In this document: piece by piece, positions 51,753-60,371 of the stretch
Layout of the letters: every line of letters starts with the position of its first letter
How positions within the stretch are numbered: position 1 is the first letter of the stretch
DNA from: Candidatus Hydrogenedentota bacterium
Lineage (GTDB): Bacteria; Hydrogenedentota; Hydrogenedentia; Hydrogenedentales; SLHB01
Reading direction: 5' to 3'
Assembly (NCBI GenBank): GCA_963745075.1
Contig: CAVUWV010000009.1
Span: 64,001 to 128,000 of the forward strand
DNA length: 64,000 nucleotides
The notes under the pieces: generated by a model
The model's database searches: none
Told to the model about the DNA's origin: nothing
Seen by the model: only the letters and a program-made list of their open reading frames with translations
Position numbers and translations under genes: made by a program

Positions 51753-51932
51753 ATGCGCAGAATCAAGTCTGTCAGCCGCGCCCCGTTTGCCGGTCCGATT
51801 CCTGCGGCGGCAATCCGGGAGATGGAACCGTGGGAGTACTGGTTGGCCTGTCTGATCAGTCCCCTATCCTGGATAATCGGCATAAAGGGATGCTACTGCT
51901 CCTATAGCCATGATTGGACACAAGAAACTTAG
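51753..51932 (+). CDS. small peptide P4 (59 aa) MRRIKSVSRAPFAGPIPAAAIREMEPWEYWLACLISPLSWIIGIKGCYCSYSHDWTQET
   Basis: AAGGAG RBS; same leader; hydrophobic C-x13-C-x-C core. Confidence 0.87.
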   Translation: MRRIKSVSRAPFAGPIPAAAIREMEPWEYWLACLISPLSWIIGIKGCYCSYSHDWTQET

Positions 51933-52017
51933 GAGGGCTTCGGATACCGGTGCGTCAGCCGCTCGATCGTACACCGGGCGACGGATGGGTGCGGGCGAAA
52001 CGAATGAGATCTCACTG

Positions 52018-52203
52018 ATGGGTAGAATCAAGCGTGTGAGCAGCGTTCCGTTTGTCCATGGTTCGATTCCGGCGCCTGCGGTTTTGCCGGAAACTGATTC
52101 GGAACGCTACAAGGCGTGTCTTGACAAGCAGACCACGCTCGGGGGCAAGGTGGGCTGTTTTGTCGACTATATGATCGCGCTTTCCGACAAGAGCCAACTG
52201 TAG
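52018..52203 (+). CDS. small peptide P5 (61 aa) MGRIKRVSSVPFVHGSIPAPAVLPETDSERYKACLDKQTTLGGKVGCFVDYMIALSDKSQL
   Basis: Same leader and C-x12-C core as P1. Confidence 0.85.
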   Translation: MGRIKRVSSVPFVHGSIPAPAVLPETDSERYKACLDKQTTLGGKVGCFVDYMIALSDKSQL

Positions 52204-52282
52204 GGATTCGCGTCATCAGAAGAGCGATGAGAAGCTGCCTCGCCTCGCCGCGGTACTACGTCGATGCTGTGGCGGTGCGAGG

Positions 52283-53353
52283 CTACTTGAATGAATCCAT
52301 GATCTTCTCGAAAGTCTTCGCCGAGGGTCGAATCCTGGATTCGGGCAGCGTCGCCAGCGGCTCGTCGACCAGATTGAGGTGGTCATCCAAGGCGTCCCGG
52401 TCGCGGCTGTAGTAGACCAAGCCCGTGTAGAACAGATTGTGCTCTTTGGCCTCATCGAGCAGTTTCATCGCCCGATGGCGGTTATGGGAATCGTGGTCCA
52501 GTCCCAGCTTCTTAAGCGTGATGCGAGACCCGTCGTGCAAGGTTACCACCGTGGTCGCGCCCTCGTCGTACTCCACGTGAATGTCCTCGTAATGGGGAAT
52601 GAAGTCCATCTCGTGGAGGGGTTCTTCGTGGCTTCGGGCATACGCAACGCTCTTGGTGGAACCCTCATGATTGTTAAACGTCACACACGGCGAAACGATA
52701 TCAAGCACCGCCGTGCCCCGGTGGGCGATGGCCGCCTTAATCAGCGTGCGCACCTGCTGCGTGTCGCCGGAGAAAGACCGCGCCACAAATCCGCAGCCCA
52801 TCTGGATCGCCAGCGAGCACAGGTCCACCGGCGAAGACTCGATGGTCGTGCCGCTCTTCATGCGCGTGCCGCGATCCGCCGTGGCCGACGCCTGGCCCTT
52901 GGTCAATCCATAGCATCCGTTGTTCTCGATGATATACACGATGTGCGCGTTGCGCCGCACCATGTGAGCAAAATGGCCGAGCCCGATGGAGGCCGTGTCG
53001 CCGTCGCCGCTGACGCCGATGTTGACCAGCTTCCGGTTTGCGAGGCTCGATCCCGTCGCAATCGTGGCCATGCGGCCGTGCAACGAGTTGAACCCATGGG
53101 ACTCGTTCAGAAAGTAGTTCGTCGTCTTGCTGGAACACCCGATGCCGCTCAGTTTTGCGACCTGGTGCGGATCGATCCCGAGTTCGAAGAACGCCTTAAT
53201 TATGGAACTCGTAATGGCGTCGTGACCGCAACCCGCGCACAGCGTCGACTCCGCGCCGCGGTAATCCTGCATCGTCAGGCCGATACGGTTCGTCTTCGCA
53301 TTCTTCGCCGCGGGCTTTGCCTTCTTTGCGGCATCCGCTACCGAGGTACTCAT
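52283..53353 (-). CDS. korB: 2-oxoacid:ferredoxin oxidoreductase subunit beta
   Basis: LCAGCGH, SGIGCSSK, LHGR, SGDGD, ENNGCYGLTKGQ, SPCVTFN motifs. Confidence 0.93.
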   Translation of the reverse strand: MSTSVADAAKKAKPAAKNAKTNRIGLTMQDYRGAESTLCAGCGHDAITSSIIKAFFELGIDPHQVAKLSGIGCSSKTTNYFLNESHGFNSLHGRMATIATGSSLANRKLVNIGVSGDGDTASIGLGHFAHMVRRNAHIVYIIENNGCYGLTKGQASATADRGTRMKSGTTIESSPVDLCSLAIQMGCGFVARSFSGDTQQVRTLIKAAIAHRGTAVLDIVSPCVTFNNHEGSTKSVAYARSHEEPLHEMDFIPHYEDIHVEYDEGATTVVTLHDGSRITLKKLGLDHDSHNRHRAMKLLDEAKEHNLFYTGLVYYSRDRDALDDHLNLVDEPLATLPESRIRPSAKTFEKIMDSFK

Positions 53354-55204
53354 TCCGTTCCTTTCTGCTCCGCAATGCGCTGGAGCACCAATTCCACTAC
53401 CGTCTCCGCGTCGAGGGGCATTCCGCTATAGTGCAACGCCGTCTTTAAGCGTGTGCCGAATTCGGGATATTCGCTGCGCAGGATGGAGGCCACTTGACCG
53501 TCCCGATTCTGTTCTACGACGCATACGAGCCGGTGTTGTTCGCAGAACGCGCGGACCTTCCCATTCACGGGGAGCGCCCGCAACCGAAGGTATGCGGTTT
53601 TGACCCCGTGCTTCGTCTCGAGAATCTCGCGGGCCTCCTGTACGGCGGGGTCGCTTGACCCATACGCAATGATTCCGGCCGCTGCGTCCTTCGGTTCGTC
53701 GATAACCGGCTGCGGCACGATCTCCCGCGCCGTATCGAACTTGCGCTGCAAGCGTTCGATATTCTTAAGCCAATCCTCCGGCTTCTCAGAGTAGACCGCT
53801 TTATCCGTGTGACCCGTTCCGCGCGTGAAGTACGCGGCATTCGGGTGCGCCGTTCCCGGCAGGGTCCGGTACGGAATGCCGTCGCCGTCCACGTCGCGAT
53901 ACCGCGCAAATTCACCGTTCCGGTTGAGGTCTTCCGCTCTCAGCACCTTCCCCCGCGCGATCGGTTTGGTGGGCGGTGTAATCGAGTCCGACATCCACTT
54001 GTTCATGCCGAGGTCTAGGTCGGACATGACAAACACCAAGGTTTGAAGCTGCTCGGCCAACTCCAGGGCCTCGCTCGTGAAATCGAAGCACTCCTGCATA
54101 TTCCCGGGCAGAAGCAATACGTGTTTGCAGTCGCCGTGCGATAAGGTGTATGCCTTCCCAACGTCGCCCTGGGACGTCCGGGTCGGAAGCCCCGTGCTCG
54201 GACCCATCCGCTGCACGTCAACGATGACGGCAGGCACCTCGGCAAAATAAGCCAGGCCCGCCATTTCGGACATGAGGGAGATTCCCGGACCGGACGTGGC
54301 GGTAAACGCCCGGGCGCCCGCCCAGCCTGCGCCGATAACCATCCCCATGGACGCCAACTCGTCCTCCGCCTGGATGACCGCGTAGGTGGCCTGATTGCGT
54401 CTCCGGGTCGCGCCGGTACTTGTCGAGGTACTTGATAAGATGTTCGCAGAGGCTGCTACTGGGCGTGATCGGGTACCACGCCAGGAAGGTGACGCCGCCG
54501 AATAGCATGCCCAATGCCGAGGCCTCGTTGCCTTCGATTATGATCTTGTCTGTGGTCAGTTCGCGCCGCTCCAGCCGGTGCAGCGTCTGCTTGGGCAGAT
54601 GTTCTTCCGCCCAGGCGAAAGCGGCGGACGCCGCCGTCTTGTTTAGTTCCGCGGCCTTCGCTTTCCGGGCGAACTGCCAGTCGATCGCATTCCCGATTTC
54701 CTCGAAGGGGATGCCCAGCAGCGACGCAAGGACACCCACGTACATGACGTTAACTACCATCTTCCGGAGGCGCGTGTCCGCACAGGCTTCCTTCACCAGC
54801 GTATTGAAGGGTACATAGAAGACCTGGAGATCCTCGCGCGTGACCAGCCGCTTCAGCGTTTCGTCGATGATCAGCATGGACCCCGGTTCCAATTCAGCGA
54901 TATCGTCCGCCGCGGTCTGCGGGTTCATCGCCACTATCAGGTCGGTCTTTTCCCGATGCGCCAGCCATCCACGTTCGTTTACCCGCACGGTAAACCATGT
55001 CGGCAGGCCTTGAATGTTCGACGGGAAAAGATTCTTCGCGCCCACCGGAATGCCCAGTGTGAAGATGGAGCGCATGAGAATCAGGTTGGCCGACTGGCTT
55101 CCCGAACCGTTTGGCGTGGCAATCTTGATTACCACATCATTGATGGTAGGGGTCGACGCCGAGCGGGATAGACTAGCGTCCGCGTCGGCAACTGCGTGGC
55201 TCAT
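53350..55204 (-). CDS. korA: 2-oxoacid:acceptor oxidoreductase subunit alpha (one-base insertion near 54398)
   Basis: NGSGSQSAN, WYPITPSS, QAEDELAS, TATSGPGISLM, QRMGPSTGLPT motifs over two frames. Confidence 0.93.
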
Positions 55205-55614
55205 AACAACGATGCTCCAATCCTTGGTCCATTGCTTTCCACGTGAGGGGTTGGTTGGATAACCCGGTGGCGGGTGCCGTTTTCTTCGGCTCGCTGTTTG
55301 TCACGGACCGGGAGCATCAGAAGCGGACGCGCCGCCTCGGCGGCGGAACCCGCGACGTTTCTCATGGTACGACCCGATCGTACCTCACGACTGTTCAGTA
55401 CTGAACGCACTTCTGCCTTGCTCTGGCTTTCGCTCCGCTTACCGCCGTCCGTGGAAGACCGAACCACGAACCAACGTCTCACGCCGCGTCCGGCTGTGTT
55501 GATGCCCGCGCAAGAATGTACAGCCCAAGGGGTTAACGTGTTACGCCCACGCCCCAACGGGGTGCAACTCCATGGCGACATTCCCAACAACAGCCACTGC
55601 GACTAAACCCTTTT

Positions 55615-55643
55615 ATATTAACCGATTCGGTCATAATAGTCAA
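55615..55643 (-). promoter_or_regulatory. sigma-70 promoter with an operator-like dyad, about 400 nt upstream of korA
   Basis: Minus strand TTGACT (55638-55643), 17 nt, TAATAT (55615-55620); TAACCGA-T-TCGGTCA dyad at 55619-55633. Confidence 0.65.
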
Positions 55644-55785
55644 GTTTCATCCGCTGGGACGCTATTTTGGGATCGACTTCTGCCGTTTTCCGAATAGTCG
55701 ACCTATCTTTGGTCAATAACGGAGAGATTGCGAGCGAATATTCCCGGCGGCGTTCGCGGCTCGCTTTGTCCAACCGGGAATTGCC

Positions 55786-56199
55786 CTATTCGCCCGGGTT
55801 CTCCGGTGTCGGAAACGTGTCGGAGTGCACGGCCGGGAGGGGAACGGAAGGTTTGGTGAACCAATGCGCTTGTTCGTGAACGATCGCGATCGTCATAAGT
55901 CCAAGCGCCGCCAGAATGATGGCCGACAACCAACGGACCGTGGTCCGTGACAACCCGGGGTGGCTCGTTCTTCTGCGCCGCATTACGGCATACGCTATCA
56001 GCGCCGCAACCGCACTGATTCCCAGCGCCACGCCGGATCGGCCGTACCAACCCATCCCCGGACCTTGCCCGGGTTCCACCAAGTGCCACGCATGTTCGAG
56101 CGGGAAATACGTCGGGGTGGGAATGTGAACGAAGTAGACGGCCCCGAAGGCAAGGACCGCGACCAGAAGCACGGCAATGACGACATCCGGCCGCTGCAT
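55786..56199 (-). CDS. hypothetical membrane protein (3 TM)
   Basis: MQRPDVVIAVLLVAVLAFG..., three hydrophobic segments, coupled to the upstream gene. Confidence 0.65.
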   Translation of the reverse strand: MQRPDVVIAVLLVAVLAFGAVYFVHIPTPTYFPLEHAWHLVEPGQGPGMGWYGRSGVALGISAVAALIAYAVMRRRRTSHPGLSRTTVRWLSAIILAALGLMTIAIVHEQAHWFTKPSVPLPAVHSDTFPTPENPGE

Positions 56200-56200
56200 C

Positions 56201-56689
56201 TTATAGCGACCGGATCGTGCCGAGGTACCAACCGCAGCACGCGTTGAATGTGACCGTAAAGAGCACGAATCCAACCATACCGATGTAAAGCGGATAGTAT
56301 GACCGGTGTTCGGGGGATCGCGTGTTCAGCGCTCGCGAAAACGCCAGAACGCCGAGCACCGGCAGTAGCCCCACCGTAGCCAACATTTCCTTCATCTCGA
56401 ACAGGCCCGTGGCCCACGGCAGGGCCGCATCGAAAAGCGTGTACCGCACTTGCACGCGGAAGGCCGGATAAATCAGGCCGCCCAGCACCACTGAGAATAG
56501 ATAGGCGCACGTCAGCAAGAGCGCGTGAAGCCTCACCTGCCCGAGAAAGGCGCCGGGATGTCTATACGCGTGAATTCCCCGGAGCAGCAGGTGGACGGAC
56601 GTTGCAATACAGATGACGCCCGCGACGAGGTGCAGGAATAGGAGCGGCTTGCTGATCTGCTCGAAAACTACCGGTTGCATTGATTTCAT
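56201..56689 (-). CDS. hypothetical membrane protein (4 TM, His-containing)
   Basis: LLFLHLVAG, SVHLL, GLIYPAFRVQVR, FEMKE. Confidence 0.7.
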   Translation of the reverse strand: MKSMQPVVFEQISKPLLFLHLVAGVICIATSVHLLLRGIHAYRHPGAFLGQVRLHALLLTCAYLFSVVLGGLIYPAFRVQVRYTLFDAALPWATGLFEMKEMLATVGLLPVLGVLAFSRALNTRSPEHRSYYPLYIGMVGFVLFTVTFNACCGWYLGTIRSL

Positions 56690-56780
56690 TTCGCGTCAGT
56701 TCGGCGGATTCAGACAGGGGTACATCTCTTGTGAGAATGATTCGGGCCAATCACATCGGGTCGGCGCGGGGGCGGTTGCT

Positions 56781-57713
56781 TCAGGAGTTCGTCTCCCCGT
56801 TGCTGTCATCCACCGCGCCCGCCGCGATCCACATCCGCAACTCGCGAAGTTCTTCGTCGGACAATGGATATTCATCTTTCGGCATTTGCGGTTGCAATTC
56901 ACCTCGGACGTATTGGATCAGCGGGCTTGCGTCGGGATTTCCAGGTACGATCGCCGGACCCAGTTTCTCGCCCCCTTCCAGCATCCCCGCGACGGTCGTC
57001 AAGTTCAGTTCACTCTGCTTTCGACGCGGACGGTGACAGTCGGTGCATACCTCTTTCAGCAATGGCGCGATGTCTCTCGAGTAGCTGACTTCCTTCGCCT
57101 CTTCCAATGTAAACGGCAAGATCGCCGGTTCCAGGCCGTCGCTCGCAGGTGCGATACTGAACGACGCCGGGCCGACGGGGGCGGGATTTGTCGCCGTAGG
57201 CGTCGATTCCTTCGTGGGGACCGGCTTGACGCCTACGTATTGCATCGCGGGCGTTCCTACACCATACTCGTAGACTAGCATGCCCCCATGGTGGCCCGTA
57301 ATTGCGACCCAAGCCCCCATGCCCAGGCTGGCCAGGAGCGCGAGCGTCATGACCGTGCGCTGGACCGGGCGGATCTTGATGGCGCCCAATGCCACCAACA
57401 CTGCGGTGACCGTTCCCAGAATCCAGACCTTTTCGCCCAACGCTTCGTGATACTGGATCTGGTCCCATACCTCTTTGGAGAGTTGTGCCGGCGCCTTACC
57501 CATGGCCCCTTCGCCGGATTGCATGGCGATCACCGCGGTGAGCGCGGCCAAGGCATAACAACCGACCGTTACCCAGCGCAACACTTCGTTGTCACGCGTG
57601 GAGACCGCGCAGAGATAAACGAGTGGTATCCCTACGACCGACAACGCGATGGGCAGATGCACCACCGCCGCGTGAACCATGGAAGGATCGCTCAGTGTTT
57701 CCCAGATACTCAT
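56781..57713 (-). CDS. DUF2231-like membrane domain fused to a planctomycete-type cytochrome c domain
   Basis: HAAVVHLPIAL, HEALG, GHHGGMLVY; CTDCH heme motif, AIVPGNPDASPL, QMP, WIAAGA. Confidence 0.85.
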   Translation of the reverse strand: MSIWETLSDPSMVHAAVVHLPIALSVVGIPLVYLCAVSTRDNEVLRWVTVGCYALAALTAVIAMQSGEGAMGKAPAQLSKEVWDQIQYHEALGEKVWILGTVTAVLVALGAIKIRPVQRTVMTLALLASLGMGAWVAITGHHGGMLVYEYGVGTPAMQYVGVKPVPTKESTPTATNPAPVGPASFSIAPASDGLEPAILPFTLEEAKEVSYSRDIAPLLKEVCTDCHRPRRKQSELNLTTVAGMLEGGEKLGPAIVPGNPDASPLIQYVRGELQPQMPKDEYPLSDEELRELRMWIAAGAVDDSNGETNS

Positions 57714-58076
57714 CAATTGCTTTCCCAAAGTCCGCGGCGTCGCACAGTGTTTGACGCCAGTTGTCGGACGACAAATCGAACGCAGTTGTGAACCGCGTTT
57801 CCCGGTCGCTTCCCCAAGTTGTAGCTGCGGGTGGCATCGGTATCGCGGCGGGGTTCCGCACGCGAATTTCGTTGCTGGCCGACAGCGACGCGGAGCATAC
57901 CATATATCCTCGCGCTGGTCACATTGGAGTTGAACGAACCCAGCATTGCGGCCATTTCGTACGGAATATCCCCATGGCTCATACCGTTTAATCGAGCAGG
58001 GGATCGCGGTTTACGTGAGGGTAAATTAGTCATACGTGTGGTCATTGTAAGGAGTGAAAGGAGGGGTCCCTATCTT

Positions 58077-58694
58077 ATGAATGTCAGTATTCGGAGAAAA
58101 ATGCGCCTTTGCTTTATGGTGATCGGTATCGCCGCAATTACCAGTTGCGGCGGCCATTACATCGAAGTTGGACCCGTTCGTTTCACTGCGAATGTGGGCG
58201 ATGGAAAGGTCCTTCAGGATCTCTTCTTGCCCAAGGGCGGGCCCTCCGTAACGTACCGGGAAGATATGTGCGACATTCCGTCCGAGAGCGATCTGGAAAG
58301 TCGTTTTCTGCAAGTCGGCGGTGTCGACATCAGCAACTTCATCCGCTTGAGCGGTCTGGATTTGGTTGAAACCAAGATTACCGCGACTTCCGGAAACTTC
58401 AATTTCCTCTCATCGATGACGGTCCGGTACATTCCGGCGCCGGTGAACGGCCAGGATCAGGACCCCGTCGTGCTGGGCACGGCGACGAATTCGAACGGTC
58501 TCGGCACGGAGATTTCGCTCGTCCCGCCGGAACCGGTCGACTTCCTCGATCTTATTCGGGCAAACGATGCAAACGATTCCCAGGAATGCCCTAAACTCGA
58601 AGTCGAAATGACGCCGAGGTCCATTCCCCTCCAGGACGTGGAATATACGGCCGACGTGACCGTGGACGCCTACGCGCAAGTGGGTTCGTTCTGA
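58077..58694 (+). CDS. lipoprotein of unknown function
   Basis: AAGGAGG RBS; lipobox ITSC. Confidence 0.75.
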   Translation: MNVSIRRKMRLCFMVIGIAAITSCGGHYIEVGPVRFTANVGDGKVLQDLFLPKGGPSVTYREDMCDIPSESDLESRFLQVGGVDISNFIRLSGLDLVETKITATSGNFNFLSSMTVRYIPAPVNGQDQDPVVLGTATNSNGLGTEISLVPPEPVDFLDLIRANDANDSQECPKLEVEMTPRSIPLQDVEYTADVTVDAYAQVGSF

Positions 58695-58721
58695 TCGAGG
58701 ATCAACGGGAGTCGTTCGCCG

Positions 58722-60248
58722 TCAAGGCGCGAGGGCGGTCGCACCTCGCACTACGGCGATCCGTGCCGATCCGTCCGATTCCGGCTGTACCGTCAGCGTC
58801 AGGGATCCGTTTTCGAGATGGACAGCGCCCGCCGCGTCCGTCTTGAATTGGGCGCCGGCAAACGCCGGTACGGCGCGTTTGGCTAAGACAAACGCCTGGG
58901 GAATCGACGCACCGGGCACAACGAGTGATGTGCTTGTGGGTCCTTCGGTCTGCAAACGGGCCCCACCTTGATAGGTCACGGTGGTTCCGTCGCCAGTACC
59001 GCCGGCGGCAGGGCTCAGCTTGGCGTGTGCGTACTCGGCGAGACCAGCGCTGGCCCGGTCCGGCGCCGGCAAAGGCGAGAGGTAGGCGTCAAACACGAAG
59101 CCGCGCAGCCCCGAAAAATCCACCGCGACCCACTGTCCGGGCATCCCTTCCGAAACCAGGGGGACGTTGGCGTTCTCGTTCGGCGCAATCACGACGCGGG
59201 CGCCGTAGGGAATGCCCGTGACCAGGTCCGCGCCGAGTTCCGGTCGGGAGCGCATGTTCAGTTTTGAGGCCAGCACGTAGTACTGCGCGCCAGTCGTGTA
59301 GCTGCGCAGCGTTTGCGGCGTCTGGGTCTGAGGTGAGGAAGGTTGACTCGGCTTTGCGCCCAAGTGGACGATTATCCGGTTGATTCTGAGATTCAAACGC
59401 GCCACCGCCGCCAAGTCCGACGAGAATACGGTGTCTCCTGCAAATGCGAGGTAGTCGTCCGGGTGCGGTTCCGGCGCCGCGAGATTCAGTTCGAAGCGCG
59501 AGCCGAGTGTATAGGAACGCTCCAACGCGCCGTCGTTCCAACTCGTCACGTAGCCGCTGTTGTCCCACTCGAAGCCCGCGAAACTGACGGGTTTGCCGTT
59601 CAGTCCCACGAGCGTGCTCAGCGGCGTGCCAATACCAACGCCGTCGAGGGATTTCCATTGGCTGCCTTCCGCGGAGATGTACACCGCTTTCGGCTGCTTG
59701 CGGTAGACGGCCCACTGAATGACCACGGCGTTCGGCGTGTTCGCCAGGACTGCGGTCCCTGGTTCGGTTTCGCCCTCACCGAGATGGACCGGCGCGTCGA
59801 TCACGTTCTCCGCTCCGAAGAAACTCACCAACGCGTCATAGTCTGTTTCCGCCGTGATCGGTCCTACGCGCGCTCCGGGCACGAAGGTCCAATCGATGCG
59901 CGTATCCAGCGGCGGGGGGTCCGGCGAGAGAAACCCGTCGAACACGTAGCCCTTGTACGCGCCGTGTTGCACGTATAGCCAATGGCCCTTGATGCCTTCT
60001 GCTTCAAACGAGACCGGCACCCGGTTGTCCTCCAGCACCGTGACCTGATCGCCGCGCTGGATATAGTGAATGCGTTCCGTATCGAGCGATGGTCCCCTCC
60101 GGAATGCCAGCCCCGACGCGTTTACGTAGAGCTTAGACCCCGGCGTAAAAATGGGGGCGGGTTGAGGGGTCACGTTCGGGGCAGTCGCCGTCGGCGCTTG
60201 TCCGAGCGCCGTCGCAAGTGTCAACAAGAAAGCCGCGCAAATGCTCAT
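58722..60248 (-). CDS. secreted protein with two bacterial SH3 domains
   Basis: YVNASGLAFRRGP...GYVFDGFLS and YVLASKLNMRSRP...GFVFDAYLS. Confidence 0.85.
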   Translation of the reverse strand: MSICAAFLLTLATALGQAPTATAPNVTPQPAPIFTPGSKLYVNASGLAFRRGPSLDTERIHYIQRGDQVTVLEDNRVPVSFEAEGIKGHWLYVQHGAYKGYVFDGFLSPDPPPLDTRIDWTFVPGARVGPITAETDYDALVSFFGAENVIDAPVHLGEGETEPGTAVLANTPNAVVIQWAVYRKQPKAVYISAEGSQWKSLDGVGIGTPLSTLVGLNGKPVSFAGFEWDNSGYVTSWNDGALERSYTLGSRFELNLAAPEPHPDDYLAFAGDTVFSSDLAAVARLNLRINRIIVHLGAKPSQPSSPQTQTPQTLRSYTTGAQYYVLASKLNMRSRPELGADLVTGIPYGARVVIAPNENANVPLVSEGMPGQWVAVDFSGLRGFVFDAYLSPLPAPDRASAGLAEYAHAKLSPAAGGTGDGTTVTYQGGARLQTEGPTSTSLVVPGASIPQAFVLAKRAVPAFAGAQFKTDAAGAVHLENGSLTLTVQPESDGSARIAVVRGATALAP

Positions 60249-60371
60249 ACGATCCTCAGCGAAAGTTGGATTGTCTGGTACTGGATTACCATACCAACCC
60301 CGGCCCCGAAGTTGCACGCCCGGCTCTGTGCTACCATGTCGCCGCTGAACAACGGGCGGGTGAGCACCAGC

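Noticed and set aside
50707..52203. Peptides as lanthipeptide, ranthipeptide or double-glycine bacteriocin precursors
   Set aside because: No GG/GA leader, FNLD or Nif11/NHLP motif, and no LanM/LanB, radical SAM, YcaO or peptidase-ABC gene in the window.
55201..55606. ORFs 55201-55590 and 55274-55606 as proteins
   Set aside because: Low-complexity Arg/Ser-rich translations with no RBS or motif; treated as leader sequence.
57713..58045. Small ORFs in the divergent intergenic region
   Set aside because: No motif, no clear RBS, and no similarity to the P1-P5 leader.
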